A program made the position numbers and the translations under genes. Shown piece by piece: positions 29,400 through 34,637 of a DNA stretch of 34,637 bases (position 1 is its first letter; every line of letters starts with the position of its first letter). This stretch comes from an uncultured Desulfobacteraceae bacterium (GTDB taxonomy: Bacteria > Desulfobacterota > DSM-4660 > Desulfatiglandales > B25-G16), in the NCBI GenBank assembly GCA_964393665.1, contig CAYMVB010000067.1, positions 1-34,637 of the forward strand, written 5' to 3'. A model generated the notes under the pieces. It was not told the origin of the DNA, did no database searches, and worked only from the letters and a program-made list of their open reading frames with translations.

Positions 29400-31238
29400 C
29401 TATGTATAACGTACGCTGTATGTTGAAATTGGCAAATTAATTCCCTTTAGCCTCAAGGGCCCCATCTCTTTAACGTCAGCGATATTTTTTGCCATGTTAT
29501 AGGTTCTTTCTGTAATCAAAATTTCACCTGGCTTTGCCATGGACTCCAATCTTGAGGCAATGTTAACTTGTCTCCCTATTACCGTGTAATCTTTATGAAA
29601 TTTAGACCCAATATTACCTACCGTCATATAGCCAGTATTTATCCCTATACCTATACTCAGTTCGTGCCCATAAGATAACCATGTATCCTTTACGTGCTTA
29701 ATTTTCCTCTGCATATCAATAGCTAATAGCACCGCCTTTTGTGCATGGTCTGGAATAGTGACAGGATCACCAAAAAATACCATTAAGCCATCTCCTATAA
29801 TCTTAGCAAGGGTTCCATCATGCTTGTAAATCAGTTTTGTCATCTCTGATAGGTAATTATTGAGGAGCAGTATTATTTCATCTGGCTCAACAGAGTCAGT
29901 CAAATTTGAAAATCCCCTTATATCTACAAAAAGGATGCTCATTAATTTTCTTCGGGATATATCAGAAAACCCTTTACCATTCAAAAGAATCATATCAGTT
30001 ATTTTTGGAGATAGGTATCTTCTTAATTCACTGTATTTTTTTAACTCCTTAACCTGGTCATTGACAGTTTTTTCCAACCCCCTATTAAGACTAAGCAAGT
30101 CTTCTTGGGCCTTTGCTAAGTCTTCAGTTCTTTCCTCTACCATCTTTTCAAGGTTTTCAGCATACTTGTGTACCTTTTCTTTAGCAAGTATTAAATCCTG
30201 ATTGGTATTTCTTAATTTTTCATAGGCTGCATCTTTAGATATCACCGCATTTTTTAATCTGTCGATGGTATCTATCATTTCACGTGCTTGTTCAGATCTA
30301 CTGGCATTATTAAAAAACAGGTTAAAAGGTTTTTTCCAGGTATTAAGCCTGTCATAAGCAATATGTAAAATGAAGTAGGGTGCATTATAGATTTCCCCCT
30401 TGGTCAAGATATCTTTATTGTCTATTTTTAATGATTCAGTGATGAGCATTCCCGTGGGCTTGTTGGTTTTTTCTCTCTCAATATTAATGTCTAAATCAGA
30501 GAACTGCCCTAAAAATACCTTTCTACCATTAATAAAGGAAGGCTCAAGGAAAACCTCTTTTCCAAAAACCTTTCTCCTTTTTTCAATAGGAGAAAAGATT
30601 GTAAGCTTGTGTTTCTCTATTTTTGGTTCAAGGTTAAAAGAAAGAAATTCCTCTTCTTCATTAAAAAGTATCTCCGGGTTATATTGGTTTAGAGGTTGTT
30701 CGATATTTGCGGGAGGTAAGCCCCACAAGGTGGGTATAGATGATATGATTCCCCTAAGGTATGGATCTCCGATATAATCTTTGTTTGGGTCTTGGTCTTC
30801 ATGGAAGGTGACCCTTAGAATAGCATGTATCTTTTTACATGTTTTATCATAGGCAGGCTGTTTGATTATTTCTATATCCTTAGTGTCGTTCATATTTTTG
30901 TTGAAAAAAGGTATTCGTTTAATCCCATCATCAGGGCAGGAAAAAAGTTGAATAAACATACGGAATCTTCCCCATGAGTTTAATTTCGCAGAGGAGGCAC
31001 CGCAATTGAAAAAGAAATTTGGGTCTCCGGTAATTTCCTTTGCCCTTCGGAAAACCTTTTGAAATGTTTTATGTGTGGTCCATTCATCCTCGTCTGCTAA
31101 ATATTCCTTTGCGGATTGATACCTATCTTCAGGAAATGGCAGCATATCAAATATGTTATCCTCAGGACCCAGCAGATTTTCAATATATGCACGTATTATC
31201 TTTGTATTCCGATTATTTATACAGTTCACTCTACTCAT
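29400..31238 (-). CDS. Class III adenylate/guanylate cyclase with an unassigned N-terminal domain of about 330 aa and a long coiled-coil linker
   Basis: C-terminal CHD motifs: ILFVDIRGFSNLTD, IGDGLMVFFG, IGINTGYMTVGNIGS, DYTVIGRQVNIASRLES. A heptad-rich linker of about 100 aa precedes them. Confidence 0.85.
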   Translation of the reverse strand: MSRVNCINNRNTKIIRAYIENLLGPEDNIFDMLPFPEDRYQSAKEYLADEDEWTTHKTFQKVFRRAKEITGDPNFFFNCGASSAKLNSWGRFRMFIQLFSCPDDGIKRIPFFNKNMNDTKDIEIIKQPAYDKTCKKIHAILRVTFHEDQDPNKDYIGDPYLRGIISSIPTLWGLPPANIEQPLNQYNPEILFNEEEEFLSFNLEPKIEKHKLTIFSPIEKRRKVFGKEVFLEPSFINGRKVFLGQFSDLDINIEREKTNKPTGMLITESLKIDNKDILTKGEIYNAPYFILHIAYDRLNTWKKPFNLFFNNASRSEQAREMIDTIDRLKNAVISKDAAYEKLRNTNQDLILAKEKVHKYAENLEKMVEERTEDLAKAQEDLLSLNRGLEKTVNDQVKELKKYSELRRYLSPKITDMILLNGKGFSDISRRKLMSILFVDIRGFSNLTDSVEPDEIILLLNNYLSEMTKLIYKHDGTLAKIIGDGLMVFFGDPVTIPDHAQKAVLLAIDMQRKIKHVKDTWLSYGHELSIGIGINTGYMTVGNIGSKFHKDYTVIGRQVNIASRLESMAKPGEILITERTYNMAKNIADVKEMGPLRLKGINLPISTYSVRYT

Positions 31239-31269
31239 AATTTTTCATGCTGCAAAAAATAAAACTATC

Positions 31270-31298
31270 TTGACACATTGATAGGTGAATGGTAAAAG
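31270..31298 (+). promoter_or_regulatory. Candidate sigma-70 promoter for tRNA-Pro
   Basis: TTGACA (31270-31275), a 17-nt spacer, then TAAAAG (31293-31298). The tRNA 5' end is at 31329. Confidence 0.3.
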
Positions 31299-31328
31299 TC
31301 TACATCAGTATATAGACTCATATAATAT

Positions 31329-31405
31329 CGGGACGTGGCGCAGTCTGGGAGCGCACCTGAATGGGGTTCAGGGGGTCGCGAGTTCGAATCTCGCCGTCCC
31401 GACCA
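31329..31405 (+). tRNA. tRNA-Pro (anticodon GGG) with encoded CCA
   Basis: Acceptor stem CGGGACG/CGTCCCG. Anticodon stem CCTGA/TCAGG with loop ATGGGGT. T-arm GAGTTCGAATCTC. Ends ACCA. Confidence 0.95.
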
Positions 31406-31463
31406 GTTTCGCAGTCAAACAATTATAGTTAGCATTATATGGCTTTTGATTAAGTAAGCGCTT

Positions 31464-31514
31464 ATTGACGTAGATAGGATACAAGAGCATGGCTTCAGAC
31501 GTCAATCTTTTTTC
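31464..31514 (+). terminator. Possible terminator after tRNA-Pro (8-bp stem, large loop, T-run)
   Basis: ATTGACGT (31464-31471) pairs with ACGTCAAT (31499-31506), followed by CTTTTTTC. The 27-nt loop is atypically large. Confidence 0.35.
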
Positions 31515-31743
31515 ATAGTACATAGTAAGCATTACCATTTTTATGAATTATAACTCCTAGTTAAAGCCTTCATGTATAACCGCTACAGAATTTCACATGC
31601 AACAGTCACGATGCTTATTGACTTTTCCAGCCTGCGGCCCTGTTTGAAAATCGAAGGCGATTCATTGATATGAGGCTTTTAAATAATACGTTTTTCCATG
31701 GCCTTTTTAGTAGTCTAAACACTATAAAGCAAGGGGATTGCAC

Positions 31744-32925
31744 ATGTCTATTTCAAAAAAGATAGAAGGTTCAATTAGTAAGTCATCATTGGTGAGGAAG
31801 ATGTTTGAAGAGGGCAATGCAAGAAGGGCGAAATATGGCGCTGAAAATGTCTTTGATTTCAGCTTAGGCAATCCACGTATTGAACCACCTGCAAAATTTA
31901 AGGAAGTATTGATGGAGTTGGCCGCTGATACGTCTCCTGGTTTGCATATGTATATGTCAAATGCGGGGTTACTTGAAACCAGAAAGGCTGTAGCAGATTA
32001 TATCGGAGGACAAAACGGAATGCCATTTGGCCCGGATGACATCATTATGACTGTTGGAGCATCCGGGGCATTGAATGTAGTTTTAAAGACCATTCTTGAT
32101 CCAGGTGACGAAGTTATTATACCTTCACCCTATTTTATGGAATACAACTTTTATGTTGATAATTTTAGTGGTTTACCACGGGTTGTTACTACCAATAAAG
32201 ATTTTTCCCTTGATTTATCTGCCATAGAAAATGCTATGAATTCAAACACAAAGGCAGTTCTTATCAATAACCCTAACAACCCTTCGGGTGCTGTTTACCC
32301 AGAGCAGGATCTGATTGATCTCGGAAAGCTATTAATTCAGCATAGACAACGGCAGGGTAAGTCAGTTTACCTGATATCTGATGAACCCTACAACAAGATA
32401 GTATATGACGGAATTAAAACCCCGTCTATCTTTAAAGTTTATAATGAGAGCATGTTGGTAACCTCATTTTCAAAAGACCTGTCTCTTCCTGGGGAAAGGA
32501 TAGGCTATATTGCAGTTAATCCCGCTATTGAAGACAAAAAAAAGATGATAGATGGTCTGATTTTATGCAATAGAATTCTTGGCTTTGTGAATGCCCCTGC
32601 ATTGATGCAAAGGCTGATACCATCTCTTTTGAATATCAGCGTTGACATAGGCATTTATCAGCGTAAAAGAGATACCCTTAGCAAGGCCTTAAAAGACGCA
32701 GGCTATAATTTCACCCCTCCTGCAGGCACCTTTTATCTTTTTCCAGAAACACCCATGCCGGATGATGTTGCATTTATAAAGGACCTGCAAGAGGAAAATA
32801 TCCTTGCAGTTCCAGGCTCTGGCTTTGGTGCGCCCGGCTATTTCAGGATTGCCTATTGTGTTGAAGATGACACCATAGAGAGGTCTCTGCCTGGTTTTGC
32901 CAGGGTAATGAAAAAATATAAATAG
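31744..32925 (+). CDS. Class I/II PLP-dependent aminotransferase (aspartate-aminotransferase-like)
   Basis: FSLGNP, NNPNNPSG, the PLP-lysine motif SFSKDLSLPGERIGY, and RIAY near the C-terminus. The ATG at 31744 has AAGGGGA 6 nt upstream. The ORF track opens at TTG 31738. Confidence 0.85.
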   Translation: MSISKKIEGSISKSSLVRKMFEEGNARRAKYGAENVFDFSLGNPRIEPPAKFKEVLMELAADTSPGLHMYMSNAGLLETRKAVADYIGGQNGMPFGPDDIIMTVGASGALNVVLKTILDPGDEVIIPSPYFMEYNFYVDNFSGLPRVVTTNKDFSLDLSAIENAMNSNTKAVLINNPNNPSGAVYPEQDLIDLGKLLIQHRQRQGKSVYLISDEPYNKIVYDGIKTPSIFKVYNESMLVTSFSKDLSLPGERIGYIAVNPAIEDKKKMIDGLILCNRILGFVNAPALMQRLIPSLLNISVDIGIYQRKRDTLSKALKDAGYNFTPPAGTFYLFPETPMPDDVAFIKDLQEENILAVPGSGFGAPGYFRIAYCVEDDTIERSLPGFARVMKKYK

Positions 32926-32935
32926 GAACAGTGCA

Positions 32936-33361
32936 ATGTATTCAAAGATACTTCTTTTAAGATTTCCTCCAAAAATAGCGGATAAGGCTATAGCAGTCAA
33001 TCTGGTTAAAAGATTCGACCTTTCGTTCAATATACTAAAGGCTACAATATACCCCAGGAAAGAGGGAATGATGGTCTTAGAATTAACCGGAACAAAAAGG
33101 AACTACAACCTTGGGATTAAGTATCTTAAAAACATTGGTGTCAAGGTGGAAAGCGTAAGCCATGACGTAAGGAAAAATGATGATAAATGTTTTCACTGCG
33201 GAGCCTGTACGGCTGTATGTCTTACCGGCGCTTTGTATATTGAAAGACCGCAAATGACCGTAGCATTTAATGAGGATAAATGCAGCGCATGTGAGCTCTG
33301 CGTGTTAGCCTGCCCGGCAAAGGCCATGGAGGTAAATTTTGATAGAGGCATATTAGAATAA
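32936..33361 (+). CDS. NIL-domain protein fused to a 2x[4Fe-4S] ferredoxin domain
   Basis: The N-terminal 75 aa or so carry the FNILKA (NIL) signature. Two clusters follow: CFHCGACTAVC and CSACELCVLACP. The gene starts 10 nt after the aminotransferase stop. Confidence 0.8.
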   Translation: MYSKILLLRFPPKIADKAIAVNLVKRFDLSFNILKATIYPRKEGMMVLELTGTKRNYNLGIKYLKNIGVKVESVSHDVRKNDDKCFHCGACTAVCLTGALYIERPQMTVAFNEDKCSACELCVLACPAKAMEVNFDRGILE

Positions 33362-33597
33362 TGTTATGCCCCGCTACATTAATAAAAAATTATTCTTTTT
33401 CATCCTGCAAATCTTTTTATCCATACGCTTTTATCAAAAAATAGATTATTTTTTGCATACATTTCTTAGCTATCCGGCTTTAATCGGCTATCTTTTCAGA
33501 GGGGTTATTCAAGCATTTATGAGCGCGAATTGCCTTGAAAGGCTTGTGTGGGCTAACACTCTGTCTTTATAAACATCTGCAATTAAAAAAATAAGAA

Positions 33598-34637
33598 ATG
33601 ATTAAAAATAAGAAAACCATTGCGGTAGCCCTCAGTGGAGGTATTGACAGCTCATGTGCCGCAATTATCCTCCAGGAACAGGGATGGCATCCCATAGGGA
33701 TTCACCTTATCTTACCTGTAGATAATAGAGAACAAAAAATCAGCAGGGTAAAATCACTTGCAGGCCAATTGAATATCGACCTGCATGTTTTAGATGTCAG
33801 GGATTCTTTCAAAAAAAATATCATTGATTATTTTTATAACTCTTATAACCGAGGGCTTACGCCTAACCCCTGTGTTGTTTGTAATGATAAGATAAAATTT
33901 GAAGAAATAATTGGGTGGATGGACCAAGCAGGCATTGATTATTTAGCTACAGGTCACTATGCAAGGTTAAGAAAGGGTGAAGATGAAAGATATATTGAAT
34001 TAATAAGGGCTAAAGACGATCAAAAAGATCAAACATATTTTTTGCATAGGGTAAAAAAATCCCATTTATTACGATCTCTATTCCCATTGGGCGATATGAA
34101 GAAGGCAGAAATATATGCCTATGCTAAGCAAAGGGGGTTGACCGAGTATGTCCATAAGGAAAGCCAGGAGGTATGCTTTATTCCAGATAATGACTACAGA
34201 TCTTACTTTACGAATCGTGAAGAAAGCCAAATATTCTCACATGGAAATATAATAGACCTTGAAGGAACTATACTGGGGGTTCACCCAGGCACGTATGCCT
34301 ATACAATAGGGCAAAGACATGGTCTTGGGGTATCTTCGCCATACCCTCTTTATGTATATCAAATTAAGCCTGAGACCAATGAAGTTGTTGTGGCGAAAAG
34401 GAAAGACCTATTTGGGCGAGAACTCATAGCACAAGATTTTTTATGGAGTAAAGAGCCGTTGGATGAAAAGAGATACAGGGTAAATGCACAAATAAGATAT
34501 AGGCATAATCCGGCCTCAGGTACACTTACCATCCTTGAAAAGGGCCTTGTTCATTTTGAATTTGATTATCCTCAATGGGCTATAACACCTGGTCAGGCCC
34601 TTGTATGTTATGAAGGCGATAGGGTTATCGGAGGGGG
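33598..34637 (+). CDS. mnmA: tRNA 2-thiouridine(34) synthase MnmA, 5' portion (runs off the right edge; not in the ORF track because no stop is reached)
   Basis: My own translation: MIKNKKTIAVALSGGIDSSCAA (PP-loop), TPNPCVVCNDKIKF, ATGHYAR, KDQTYFL, SQEVCFI, QIRYRH, AITPGQALVCYEGDRVIGG. Confidence 0.9.
   Translation, partial: MIKNKKTIAVALSGGIDSSCAAIILQEQGWHPIGIHLILPVDNREQKISRVKSLAGQLNIDLHVLDVRDSFKKNIIDYFYNSYNRGLTPNPCVVCNDKIKFEEIIGWMDQAGIDYLATGHYARLRKGEDERYIELIRAKDDQKDQTYFLHRVKKSHLLRSLFPLGDMKKAEIYAYAKQRGLTEYVHKESQEVCFIPDNDYRSYFTNREESQIFSHGNIIDLEGTILGVHPGTYAYTIGQRHGLGVSSPYPLYVYQIKPETNEVVVAKRKDLFGRELIAQDFLWSKEPLDEKRYRVNAQIRYRHNPASGTLTILEKGLVHFEFDYPQWAITPGQALVCYEGDRVIGG

Noticed and set aside
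31321-31326. Perfect TATAAT immediately upstream of tRNA-Pro
   Set aside because: It ends only 2 nt before the mature tRNA 5' end, so a transcript started from it would begin inside the tRNA. The upstream TTGACA-N17-TAAAAG is the more workable promoter.
33366-33572. 68-aa plus-strand ORF between the NIL-ferredoxin gene and mnmA
   Set aside because: It has no SD, and the translation is a Phe/Leu/Ile-rich AT-driven sequence without motifs. It is more likely the mnmA promoter or leader region.

Overview
AT-rich bacterial chromosomal segment. Hand-sampled 60-nt lines run about 25-48% GC, mostly high 30s to low 40s. I can support about 27 protein genes and 2 tRNAs. Content is mostly core metabolism and housekeeping: an SLC13/DASS permease with TrkA-C domains; a polar amino-acid ABC transporter (binding protein, permease, ATPase); an EamA transporter; an oxidative-branch TCA cluster (eukaryote-type isocitrate dehydrogenase and aconitase, convergent with citrate synthase); an AMACR-like family III CoA-transferase and an MBL-fold hydrolase upstream of citrate synthase; tRNA-Leu(CAA); a PurN-like formyltransferase; pcm; a TPR membrane protein; glgC; a tight rpoZ-dnaJ-dksA-larC string; comM/yifB overlapping a class A PBP; a eukaryote-type squalene synthase downstream of a class III nucleotide cyclase; tRNA-Pro(GGG); and an aminotransferase, a NIL-ferredoxin protein and a CxxC-type mnmA (which runs off the right edge). 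I saw no CRISPR array, transposase, integrase, phage genes or recognisable defence genes. The lineage cannot be assigned from this window, although the gene content looks like an anaerobe. The least explained parts are: (i) an orphan 468-aa protein with a GAF-like N-terminal half and a long helical C-terminal half, isolated by long AT-rich spacers; (ii) a GC-rich, densely palindromic element at 261-424 with 8-nt periodic AGGCACA/TGTGCCT units; (iii) a 550-nt ORF-free stretch between tRNA-Leu and the PurN-like gene; (iv) three unusual gene pairings (CoA-transferase/MBL/citrate synthase, cyclase/squalene synthase, aminotransferase/NIL-ferredoxin/mnmA). All functional calls rest on motif recognition by eye. 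No database search was run.
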